Shown here: positions 23,925 to 35,130 of the stretch, in pieces
Numbering within the stretch: position 1 is the first letter of the stretch
How the letters are laid out: each line of letters begins with the position of its first letter
Position numbers and translations under genes: made by a program
Assembly: GCA_044892525.1 (NCBI GenBank)
Contig: CM097886.1
Span: 60,698,001 to 60,762,000 of the forward strand
Reading direction: 5' to 3'
DNA from: Schmidtea polychroa
Taxonomy: Eukaryota
Length of the DNA stretch: 64,000 nucleotides
The notes under the pieces: model-generated
What the model was told of the DNA's origin: nothing
The model's input: only the letters and a program-made list of their open reading frames with translations
Databases searched by the model: none

Positions 23925-26017
23925 TTATCGCTAAATCTGAATTATGTCTTTTCGATAGACCCTCTCCTCAAGCAGCAATTGAACACGGAGCATTTGAAGA
24001 TATTTACCGAAGGAGTTCAATTACAGATGCTGGTCCTTATGTGATTCAAATTGACATTAATGGATCGCAAACTAAATATTTAGATTTGAATGATATTTTA
24101 CTATATATTCATTTGAAAGTTGTTAATAATTTAGGCGAGAATATAACTGAATCTGATGTATCTGCAAATAATTTCTTCTTTCAAACACTTTAAAGATGTT
24201 GAATTAGTTTTTAATTCTATCAAGGTTGAAGAATCAAATAATTGATTTACTCACAAAGCATTAATTGAAACAATTATAAATTATAATAGAGATACTAAAC
24301 TAACATCTTTAGGAATGAGGTACAAAGAACATGATATTATGAGAAAAACATGGATTGAAAAATCAAAATCATTTTCTTTATGTTTTTCACTTCAATTTGA
24401 TTTCTTTGATCAACCGAAATATTTACTACCTGGTGTTAGTGTTCAAATTAAATTAACAAGATCAATTCCATCACTTAGTTTAACTTGCGAAAAATGGAAC
24501 CGAAAATAGTATTATTAGATGCAAAATTAATGGTTAGAAGATTTCGTTTTGGACCATCAGTTTTAGCTGGTCATTAAATTGGTCTCTCTATAAAAAATAC
24601 AATTTATCCTTTAAGAAGCAAGGAGGTTGTTGATTTCTCATTACCTCATGGCCCCCACATGGGGGAGGCTGACAAGGCTCTAGCCCTAGGGCCTGGGATT
24701 AGTGGGGCCCGCCGTGGCAGGTCGGTTAGCCAAATGAGATGAACATAAGACAGAAAGAAACTTATTAAATATTGACTTTTGTTTTGTACATATCAACTAA
24801 AATTTATTACCGCATTTTGCTATAGGCACATTATATTATTCCGCTAATCCTCTCATCATCGTGTTGGTGATTTATCTCCATTCGGACATTAATATATGCC
24901 GTATTGCCGATGGAAAACACTTGTCTGTATTGATACATTTAAAAAAAATTCAATCGCACGAAATCCTTCACCTTAAAAGTAATCACAAAACAGTTTTCGG
25001 AACTGAAAGAAGTCCGATTAAACTTCTGAATGCAATTTATGACAAAAAACTGCAAGGTATATTTGTTAATATCTGCTTCGTCATTAAACTGTTTTGTACC
25101 GTACCAGTTACGGTTTCTTCAGCTGAAAGATCATTCAGCAGGCTGGCAAATTCATTAAAAACATGGCAAAGAAGCACAACTAGTCAAGATCGACTCAATC
25201 ATCTAGCAATTTTAAGTATCGAAAATGATTTAGCAAAGAAAGTTGATTTTAATGATGTCATTGAAAAATCTGCATTGATAAAAGCTAGAAAATATAGTCT
25301 ACTTTGAGATAATTTTTGATATTATTGTATGTTTTTACCATAGTTTATGTTTTTTTAAAATGTAAAGCTACAGACTGTAGTTTATTTTTAATAAATTTTT
25401 AATGTTTCTTTCTTGCCATCATTTAATCCGCCCTATTTTATCCTAATTCCTGTAGAGCATCAAGCGGTATATAGTTTGGGGGCCCGCCGAAAATCCTGTC
25501 CTGGAGGTGTGGCGGCCATGCATTACCTATTGGTTCTTCCTCTTTTTATAAAGAAAAAATATTTGGAGATAGACGTTTACCTAATTTTATTCTTGTTGCA
25601 TTCCAATCTAGTAAAAGATTTAGTGGATCATTTTCAGAAACTATTTCATTATTTGATCACTTTAATGTTAAGTCAATAACTTTAAGTAAAGGAAGTGATT
25701 ATCGTGATAATTATAGTCCAGATTTTGAGAACAATGATTATAGTACAAGTTATATGCAATCAATTGTTAGAAATATGGAATATCTTAATAAAAATATGAA
25801 TTTTGGTATCAGTATGTCGGACTTTAAGAACAAATATCCATTCTTTACATTTGTATTGGCACCTGATTTCGATCATCAAAGTCAGTTACCCTAAATCGGA
25901 AATTTACGACTTGATATTAAATTTGCATCATCACTTGCTGAAGCTGTTTCTGTAATTATATATAGAGTTTTTGAAAAGGAAATTCAAATTACATCTACCC
26001 GTACAGTATTAGTTTGA
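23925..26017 (+). pseudogene. Maverick major capsid protein (double jelly-roll, PY-type), split by a hAT insertion
   Basis: KSELCLFDRPSPQAAIE...KYLDLNDILLYIHLKV; LQFDFFDQPKYLLPGVSVQIKLTR; IYPLRSKEVVDFSLP | IGSSSFYKEKIFGDRRLPNFILV...FFTFVLAPDF...GNLRLDIKFASSLAEAVSVIIY.VFEKEIQITSTRTVLV*. Confidence 0.9.
24647..25520 (+). mobile_element. Non-autonomous hAT element inserted in the capsid gene
   Basis: Perfect 8-bp TSD CATTACCT (24639-24646, 25521-25528). TIR CATGGCC(C/G)CC. ORF 24861-25307 carries the hAT dimerisation domain (TVPVTVSSAERSFSRL...QDRLNHLAILSIEND). Confidence 0.93.
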
Positions 26018-26099
26018 TCAAACCATATTATAAACCAAATGCAGAAATATTATTTGTCAATTATGAATTAAGAAATTTAATTAATTATTTAATTTTATT

Positions 26100-26222
26100 A
26101 ATATTGGTTCTATTCAGATACAAATTCCTTATTTAAATGCGAACAAAGATTTTATTGTAAATACTCAATTATCTCATCTCAATGATGAACATTGGCTTGC
26201 AAGTTATGTGAAACCTGACAAA

Positions 26223-26225
<3 letters not shown>
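26100..26225 (+). pseudogene. Adenain-like cysteine protease N-terminal remnant
   Basis: NKDFIVNTQLSHLNDEHWLASYVKP matches the IVNT......G.HW.A motif of Maverick proteases. It follows the capsid gene and is truncated at a (TA)n run. Confidence 0.65.
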
Positions 26226-26266
<41 letters not shown>

Positions 26267-26819
26267 TAATATGGTCTGTACAGATATTTCAAAGTTAACC
26301 TGTCCTTTAAGATGTAAATGTTGTCAAGAATATAAAAAGAAAGAAATAATACAAATTCTAGTTGCTCAATTAAGAAGAGCTTATTATAAGCAAATTAGTG
26401 ATGAAGAATAAACTTATTATTTTTTCTTTAATTGATATTATCCAAAAACAAATTATGTGATTCATTGTAGGCTTTTAAAGTTATACCTGACTCTTGGTGT
26501 TAAAAATATATATATAAACTCCAAGTGTTACAGCTTGTTAGGTGAATCAAAATGTCTAAAAGCTAAAAGGTTTCTTTAGAAGATATTAAATTGAAACATA
26601 AATCTTATTAGGATAATTTGTTTGTTAGTACCTAGTTGTAAGTAATTTGTGTCTGTTTGTTGAATTAATATTATTATTATTACTATTATTAATATTCACA
26701 AAAATTTATTTCATAAAACTTTGCTTTAAAAAAATCCTTTAAAAATTAATTCATAGAAAAATGCGCATTTAAAATTTCTTTACATTTTTAAAATTCTCAC
26801 AGGTCATAAGTTTTTCGAA

Positions 26820-27350
26820 ATACCTGACAATAAATTTTAAATTATTACTTTAATTTAAAACTATTACTTTACTTATGTAAAATCTATTACTTATTTTTAA
26901 AAAGGGCCTTAATTTACTTAAATTTACTTAATTTAAAACTAACACCTCAATGTCACAATATTTAAAAATTAATTTGTCCTAATTTACTTAATTTAAAATT
27001 ATCACCAAAATTTCACCAAAATTAAAAATCTATTACTAATTTTAAAAATAATGCCTTAATTTACTTAATTTTTTAGTTATTACCTTAATGTTTCAAATGT
27101 TATCGATTCATCAAAATCTAATACTTAATTTTAAAATATTGCCCCAATTTACTTTAATTTACTTAATCAAAAATATCTTACCAAATAAAAAAAATATCTT
27201 ACCAAAATTTCAAATCAATTACTAATTTTTAAAATATTTTCTCTAATTTACTTAACAAAATTTAAATTTATTACCTCAATGTCTCATTATTTCAATAGTA
27301 ATTTACTTGTTTTTACTTTAATTTACTTTAATTTTTAAATTAATACCGCA
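26820..27350. repeat. Degenerate AT-rich tandem array (atttacttaattt...)
   Basis: About ten recurrences of tttactta(a)ttt in similar contexts. Confidence 0.65.
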
Positions 27351-27394
27351 ATTTCACGTGGCCATCGATTCCTGGAAATATCTTAGCATAAATT

Positions 27395-28050
27395 AATGTA
27401 CAAAAAATCTAGAGACCATAAAAAACTTTGGCTTTTTTAGTGTCAGTCAAATTTTGTATACAAAAAATTCTAGGACCAAAGATACCCCTCACTATAGTGC
27501 GAATTTGAAAATATATCCTGTAGGTATCAACATCAATGGGTTTTTAACGATATTCAGATTTTGTGTACAAAAATTTTCTTGGAACCAAAGAGACCCCTGA
27601 CTATAGTGAGAAAAAAATACCATGTAGCCCTCTGAACCAATGACTGTTTTGTATAGAAAAATGCAGAGACCAGGATTTTGTATCAAAAAATGAAGATACA
27701 AGAGATATTCCCTTACCACAGTTCGAAAAAATACCCTGTATCCCTATTAAGCAATTACTTTTTGACGAAGCCAGGAATTTATATAGAAAAATTCACAGAC
27801 TAAAGATAAAAACATTATAAATATTTTCTATTAATAAACAATAAATAATACGAGAGAATCAATAAGAACAAAAATGAAATAGGTAATCCAAAAGGAATCA
27901 TAGATTCAAGTATAGTGTGAAAAATACCATCTATTCCTCTGGATCAATGGCTTTTTAGAGAGACCGGGATTTTATGTAAAAAAATTTTAATGGCTCAAAA
28001 AGACCTCGTCATTATAGCCCTTGGTAGTTATGGAAAATACCCTGACTTCA
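27395..28050. repeat. Degenerate subterminal-type repeat array (aaaaattct.ggaccaaaga.acccct.actatagtg...)
   Basis: Related units at about 27400, 27462, 27570, 27790/27910 and 27990. Confidence 0.6.
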
Positions 28051-28697
28051 GCGTTTATTGGTTATAAGATAAAATAGGGCTACTCCAATTATGTGTGGCA
28101 GATTACATGCATGAGCCACACTCTGACGACTCTATTTACGTGTCATTGATATTGAACGAAGAAAACAAGGCAGCAACATCCTACTTATACTCAAATATAC
28201 GTATAGTCAAGTATATACGGTATATTAATGATGAATTATAAATTCAATTTAATTTCATTATGCTTCTCCATTTTTTACAACTTCATTAGTTGGCATTTTA
28301 TGTATTAGACCACTGTTACGTAAACCAATTTATCCAGAAGCCACTTTTCTGGGTTCCAATTTTTCAGTGCTCTTTCAATTTTTAATCGTTTTTTTCAATT
28401 CAATTTTATGCAATTTCAACATTTATTTAATTTTCCAACTATACATAACATATTTCTAATGCCTTTTTTATAAATCATATCAAATAAATTTATTAATTTG
28501 GAGAATTGGGTATTTCTGTAAAGAGAAGTACAGTACAGACAGAACCCTACCAAGTCGACACAAGTACAATTAGCTGACAGAGCTTTCAAGGACACTTGCG
28601 CCCTTTGCGAAATAGTTTAATAGAGATTGATCTCATTCAATGAGTCCTTCCAAACTTGAAAAATGCTGACGTATTTAACTTACAATGAATAAAAACA

Positions 28698-29471
28698 TTA
28701 TAAATATTTTCTATTAATAAACAATAAATAATACGAGAGAATCAATAAAAACAAAAATGAAATAGGCAACCCCAAAAGAATCACAGATTCAAATAAAATA
28801 TTATCAACAGTAATATTGAAATTTCTGGATTTGAAAAATTCCCTATGATTTTCGTCTGTTAAAAAGAATGTATTGAAACAGCACCAGTAATATTCTTGAT
28901 GGGAAAAATCTAAAATAATATAACCAAAAACAATGAAAATAGATCCGATGTCGAAGATCTCAATAAAGAATCTACGAGAAAGAATAATTATCATCCAAGA
29001 TGAGTAAATAAAAATCCCACCAAATGTTAATAATGAGTTGGCAAAAATATGCAATGGTTGTCCGAAAAGTGATTTGTGTACGCAAAAGTTCCATATGAAA
29101 ATAGCAATTCGTAAATGGCTCCTCATAATTCCATTTATAATGCTGTCGTTGTACCGATTGTCAGACTCCTGAATAATTAGATTCCGCCAAACCCCATAGC
29201 GAACATTCAATTCCAAAGTGAAGTTCACGACCACTAACCTGTGATCCACAGGATTTTCAAGTCCATGTAAAGTGAATTTGAAAGCGTATATATTGTCAAA
29301 CAGCATGGAAATTGTGTACATCAGCATGAATATTGCTGCCATGAAGAAGAATATAATTAAAAATGTTTTTTGTAAAATGTTCAAAGTTGCCCACCAGATA
29401 TCGTTTGCCAGTACTGGAGCAGATAAGATACTCCAAGAAAAGACAACTTTTCTCTCATAAAAACCGAGCAT
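28698..29471 (-). CDS. Orphan 257-aa multipass membrane protein
   Basis: Uninterrupted ATG-initiated ORF in a 70 percent AT context, with 4-5 hydrophobic segments. A YGVW motif after TM1 is loosely reminiscent of the claudin/PMP22 GLW motif. No confident family. Confidence 0.55.
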   Translation of the reverse strand: MLGFYERKVVFSWSILSAPVLANDIWWATLNILQKTFLIIFFFMAAIFMLMYTISMLFDNIYAFKFTLHGLENPVDHRLVVVNFTLELNVRYGVWRNLIIQESDNRYNDSIINGIMRSHLRIAIFIWNFCVHKSLFGQPLHIFANSLLTFGGIFIYSSWMIIILSRRFFIEIFDIGSIFIVFGYIILDFSHQEYYWCCFNTFFLTDENHREFFKSRNFNITVDNILFESVILLGLPISFLFLLILSYYLLFINRKYL

Positions 29472-29694
29472 TGTCTAATAAATTTTAAAAATATTTTTCT
29501 TCATAAAATTTCCATCTTTCAATAGATAATCAATTAAATAATTATATTATTTTTAAAAATAAAATTTGTTTAAAATTGTAATTACTAATTACTGCTCAAA
29601 GTTTAAAATCAGAGTATTTAATAAATATAAATCCAAAATTCATAATTAGAAATGCAAAAATATTAAATAAAACTTAAAAACAATATTGTAGTGA

Positions 29695-29736
29695 GCCGTT
29701 ACACGGCCTTAACAAAATCTATATAAATATTATATA
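29695..29736 (+). other. Diverged copy of the planarian spliced-leader (SL) exon
   Basis: GCCGTTACACGGCCTTAACAAAATCTATATAAATATTATATA versus the 42-nt Schmidtea SL1 exon as recalled from memory (GCCGTTAGACGGTCTTATCGAAATCTATATAAATCTTATATG): 36/42 identical, ungapped. Not followed by a GT donor. Confidence 0.8.
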
Positions 29737-30390
29737 CAAAAAGTAACGTAGCCTAAATGGGCGATCAATAGCGAATGAGGATAAATTATAACACAATTAT
29801 GGTCAATAAAATATCACCTATAATTGCACATTAGTTGGACATCTCAGTTGACTCTATCTCATTCCAAGAGTCAATCAAAATTCATACAATCAGCTATTAC
29901 TTCCTCTTATCAATCAGGCTCTATTAATCAATCTCAGATGAGTAAAGCAAATTCGATGCCATGTTATTATTATCAAGATTAACTGTATTCGGCTCCTAAT
30001 AGTTTTAGTGTTGGCTCTCATAGACCAACATCTTCATCCATTCCCCGTTCGCAATCACCATAATTTCAAATGGGAAAGACACAGTCAAATTTAGTTCTGC
30101 AAAGTAAATCTATTTCAGAAGTAATTCAACCAAGTAGTGTAGAATCTGGCATTGGATTCATGAACATGTAAATTCCCAAAATCTCTCCAATTGACCCAAG
30201 CTGTTGAAATGGTTCCGTATTTTCAAAGATATTCCATATGCTTATAATTCGCGAAATATGTAATGAATCCTAACAATAATATGAACCCGAATAGATTTGT
30301 TAACCACTACACAAATCAATTATGGATCCAAGAAATAACGAACAAATAATTTGATTGAGATATCCGAATAAATCGGAAGCTTAATAATTA
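29737..30390 (+). pseudogene. Probable processed pseudogene of a trans-spliced mRNA (S/Q/P/N-rich protein)
   Basis: Directly follows the SL copy. The frame from 29881 reads FIQSAITSSYQSGSINQSQMSKANSMPCYYYQD*LYSAPNSFSVGSHRPTSSSIPRSQSP*FQMGKTQSNLVLQSK... with scattered stops, mostly TAA, consistent with CAA-to-TAA decay. Confidence 0.55.
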
Positions 30391-30909
30391 ATTGTTATTT
30401 TATATGATCAGTATTGAACTATTAAATTCATTTTTTTGTTGATCAGCGAATATGATATTTTTTTGATTTATAATGATTTATAAATAAATCATTTCTTATT
30501 GATATTAAGTAGAAGTTTGTTTTACATTGACTGGTAAACTTGTAAATTTTAAAATCTTAAAATTGTAAATAGAAATATTTTGAATATTGTTCGTATTATT
30601 AAATAGTATTTTGAATCTTTGAAATTAATTTGAAATGACGTTTTTGGAAATGATTAAATCTAACACCACCACAAATATTATAATATTTCATTCATTTTTA
30701 TTATGAAAAAGTTCAAAAATTAATTTTATCCAAAGCAAATTTTTGATCTTTGGTCAGAATGAAAATTAATAAAAAATTTAAAAAAATTTTAATGACAAAT
30801 AAAGTAATCAAATTATTCAAAATTAATGGATTACTTCAGTGTTGTCCAAACTGTGTGCCAAATTTTGGAAATAAGTATATTATAAAAGATCTTGATGATA
30901 ATTATGATT

Positions 30910-33900
30910 CTCCAGGCCACTCTCTCTCTCAACGAACCTTTGCAATCGAACCGTACCATAACCGTACCCCTCTTATTCAGACCGATGCCGCTGATGTCGA
31001 TAACGTTGATATTGATGATGTTCAATTTACGCCCTACCCCATGTGTGACGAAGTCAATGGCTCACTTCTTCCAACTACCAACCGAGTCCAATCCGTGATT
31101 CATGAACAGCGGACCACACCCACCACTCCCAATGACAAGCTTATCTCAGCATCATTCATCAACGAATTCCATGACCTTATAGCTGTTGACTCCCAAATAA
31201 AGGTAACGGGGAAATCTCTTCAAGTCATCAACGACTATATCCCTGTTAATACACACCCATACCTTACCCCACACCCGCTGTAAAGGTGCGCAACTCTCGT
31301 ACCCCGAGAAACATGAAGGCACAGGATATAACAGACCCAACGCTATTTCGCCTGACCTATCGAGGCAAACTCGAATGCATATCGACATTCCTTACAGCTT
31401 GGTGTGGAAGCATTTGTATATATGACAGAGCCAAGTTCCTCTCCCACGCCTGGGAAATTCACAATGTTGAAATTAATGAAGACTCACACGTCGACTGCTA
31501 CCAGTGCAGGCCCAAAAAGGGAAATGAAAGATTCACCATGAACCACGTCAAATTCAAAGATCTTTATAATCATGTTGACCACTGCGCGCACGACGTTCAA
31601 ATCGACAAAAAATTGATCAACAAGGTTACTCTAAAAATCTCTCCTTCCCTCCGCCTCACCTGCAACAGTGCCAATAAAAACTGCAGTAAATGTCTGACTA
31701 CTTTCCCCATCGACACCACCATCTCTGACATCTTCACCCACATGAAAGAACTTCACCGAAACCTAGTCTTCGACCTTTATGACGACTTTTACTGTTTCTG
31801 TAGCTCATGGATCCTCTTCCAAGCCATCCAATCTCATGTCGTCCAACACCACCCCACAGCTCACACGCCCGCTACACACAGCACCTCAGCCCAAATTGAT
31901 GTACACACCCCTTCCTTTGATGCAATAAGGCAAATTATGTTTACCGGAGAAGAACAACTTCGATACTCACCTAGTGAAATTATTGAGCTACCACTTCCCG
32001 ACACTTTCCTATTCAGCAACAACATAGACCAGGAATCGGTATGATGGTCACAGCACGCAATTAAAGATTATATCTTCAAATATGCAATGAGGAAGTCAAC
32101 CATATTTGTAGATCCCTTCATCGGCAACGCGCTTATTCAACACAATTACAACCTTTGCCTTTTTCCCCTTCAAAGACTTCGCCGACTGGAACGAGATTAT
32201 CATACCGATGTCCAATGGCGGGGACAGCTAGTTCCTCTTGTTCCTCGATAAACACCGCAATCTGGCAGTAATCATAGACCCAATGAGTGAAGACAGTCTC
32301 TCATCACATCATGATATTGCCATCAACCTCTTAGACACTATTCTTAGCCTCCAAAATATCGTCAACCAAGTCACCTTGTAACTAACGAATTTTGAATACC
32401 CACGATGCTTGACACCACTTGAGTCTGCACAATACATATGCCACATACTGAAATGCCTTAACTCACACACTCCCATCACCACTCCTGACCTACCCCACAT
32501 GCTGAAAGATATGAGGCAGATTATTTCCACTTTCATCTATAATAGGATACCTATTAGTAATATATGTAAATACCACATATTCTTCATAAACCTCACTGAA
32601 CAACTTTCCCAAAACATAACAAACACCCAATCAGCCCTTAACGAGATTGAATGAATCAATGGCAACGTCAACCCAGACAGATACAAGACAATAAAACCAG
32701 CAGACGCCACGCACAAAAAACTGAAATCAAAGAATGAGCTAGATTCCGCATGAAACCCAAAAACGAGATTGGGAAAATCATTGGGGCAGAATTCCTACCT
32801 CCACATAGGTCCACAATGGCCAATATACTTCTTCTCTTCGGGGCTATACTTACACCCATATCCGACCTAACTGATTTATCGTTTCCTTCATTTCCGGAAA
32901 ATACATCTTCTATCCGTATCAACATTGCGACCTTCGCTCCACTATCGCCTCACTGGACAACACTGCACCATGCATCGACAAGATTACCTTATCTGACTGG
33001 GAAAAGATATGCCCCGATATGGAACCCCTTCTTGCTATCTGTAACAATGTACATTCCACCTCGATATACCCCCTCCCAACTGGAAGACCTTTCGGACCAA
33101 ACTGATACTTAAACAAGGGAAATATGAAACGAGCCATGAAGCTAGCTCGTGGCGCCCTATCTCTGTCATGAACACTGCATACCGTATCTTCTCCTCTGTC
33201 CTTAATCATCGCATCCTGTCCTGGATCAGGCAAGGTCACCTACTTACCACTAACCAAAAAGCCATTGCCCCCCCCCCATGGCTGCGCCGAACATAACCTA
33301 ACTCTTCACCTCATCAAAGACTTCTCCGTCCGCAATAAAACGGAACTCCATATCATCTGGTTCGATATCACAGATGCTTTTGGCTCCTTACCCCATGATC
33401 TTATCTGACACACTCTGACACACATGAGCCTCCATCAACAAACCATCAACCTCATCATGGATATGTACTCCAATGTCAACACTATCTTCGAGTGCGAAGG
33501 GAATTGTCCACCTCTGTGCCTATTTTCAAAGGTGTGAAACAAGGATGCCCACTTTCTATGACCCTCTTCTACCTTTCGATTGACTTCATCTTAAGGATTA
33601 TACTACGCGTACACCCGTTCTTTTTTCACGAACACAATATTAGCATCATGACATATGCTGATGACATTGTCCTCATCTCCGACTCCCTCTCCTCCATTAC
33701 CGCTGCACTAGCTGAGACTGTGCGGCTGGTCCAAAAGATTAATCTTCGGTTTAAACCATCTAAATCTGGCTATTTTTCACTCAACACTGTCGACACCCCC
33801 CCCCCCCCCCCATCACACTCTATGGCGAAAGATTACCAGTTATCGACGACTCAAACCTCTACCGTTATCTCGGCGTCGACTTTTCGCACAAAAATAAGCA

Positions 33901-35130
33901 CAACATCGATGAAAGACTCGACAACGCTCTGAAAAACACAAAACTTATCTTCCAATCTTACCTGCACCAGGGCTGAAGTTAATACAGAAGTTTATACACT
34001 CCCGCCTCATCTTCACTTTCCGCAACTGCGAAATCAGACATATGACGTTAGACTCTAAACCCCTTACAAGAGGGGTCGCGCGATACCTTGGCTTTGACCA
34101 AAAACTTAAAGAATTTTTTAGAACCGCGATGGTTGATAAAATAATGCAATTAAACAATAATTTCATTTATGCCTCGGTAAAATTGGGAGGGGATGGGACT
34201 CACTTCAGCGATCGATGAATATCATATCCAGAGCATTGTTCACATGATCAGGTCTCTCAGCTCCATAATTAGCCTGATCCATGCTGAAAGATGGATCCGG
34301 ATGAAATGCCAAGGTTACATTGCAAAAGCAATCAGTGAAAGCAGCACCATTGCCTTTTTCATTCAAACTGACACTTTGTCTGACGCCCAATACCTCTTTC
34401 TTATTAAAGCGAGGAACAACCTGCTTAAGCTAAACTACTCTCCCCACCGGCTTAAGACCAATAAGTCAACCACTTGTCGACACTGCCTCACACACCCTGA
34501 AATCCAGGCGCATATCTTCAACCACTGTGCTGCAAAAATCAGCGCCCGTCGCAATAAACACTCCAATGTCCTACAGACCATATCTGATATACTCCTTTCC
34601 CTCAACTTTATGGTAGACGTAGAAAGGCCTCCGGACGGGGTATCAACGAGGCTTATACCTGACCTCCTCATTAAGTCTAAGCAACTTGTATCTCCTTGAA
34701 ATCAAGGTGCCCTATGAATCCGCTGCCAACTTCAACAATTCTCGTGACAAAAACTTCGAAAAATATAAGGACCTCGTCATTGAAATCGGACATCTCCATA
34801 AACGCAAGACCTCTCTTTCTTCCCTTGTAGTAGGCACTTTAAGATCATGGGATAAGCAAAACGATGCAATCCTCAAGAAAATTGGTCTTTCTAAGTCTGA
34901 AATTAAGAGCCTCGCGAATAAGGCATGCACCGCCGCGATCCAGAGCAGCTATAACATCTATAAGGAACACACCTACAAGGAATCAGCGCAATGAAAATCC
35001 CATCACCCCCATCACCATACCCTTTTATTAATCAACTTATTGCTCACGTGTATTATTCATACATTCTTTAATGTTTTCATATATTTTTCTATTGCTCACT
35101 ATTATCCTCATTATTACTATAATAAATCAA
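30910..35130 (+). mobile_element. RLE-type non-LTR retrotransposon (NeSL/R2-like), near full length but frameshifted
   Basis: C2H2-like fingers (31286-32044). Ulp1-like protease motifs (IIIPMSNGGDS*FLLFLDK...IIDPM, about 32190-32290). RT (WRPISVMNTAYRIFS; HGCAEHN; WFDITDAFGSLPH; GVKQGCPLS; YADD at about 33653). CCHC finger CRHC...AHIFNHC. Endonuclease PDLLIK...LLEIKVPY...LVVGTL, stop at 34994. Confidence 0.92.

Larger units (their letters stand above)
10700..26230. mobile_element. Decayed Maverick/Polinton (adintovirus-like) endogenous element, fragmented by nested insertions
   Basis: Co-oriented remnants of ATPase, conserved small ORF, integrase, two pentons, QxGG protein, major capsid protein and protease (listed separately). 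Overlapping stop/start codons indicate a compact viral layout. No pPolB or TIRs were recognised in the window. Confidence 0.88.

Noticed and set aside
28085-28170. Hammerhead-ribozyme-like motif (7-bp stem GTGTGGC/GCCACAC followed by CTGACGA, later GAAA)
   Set aside because: Stem II and stem III do not pair convincingly. At best it is a degenerate relic and would need an Infernal search.
30190-30385. Minus-strand exon resembling an SLC45/MFS transporter C-terminus (YLNQIICSLFLGSIIDL)
   Set aside because: There is an in-frame stop, and the plus-strand retrocopy explains the region better.
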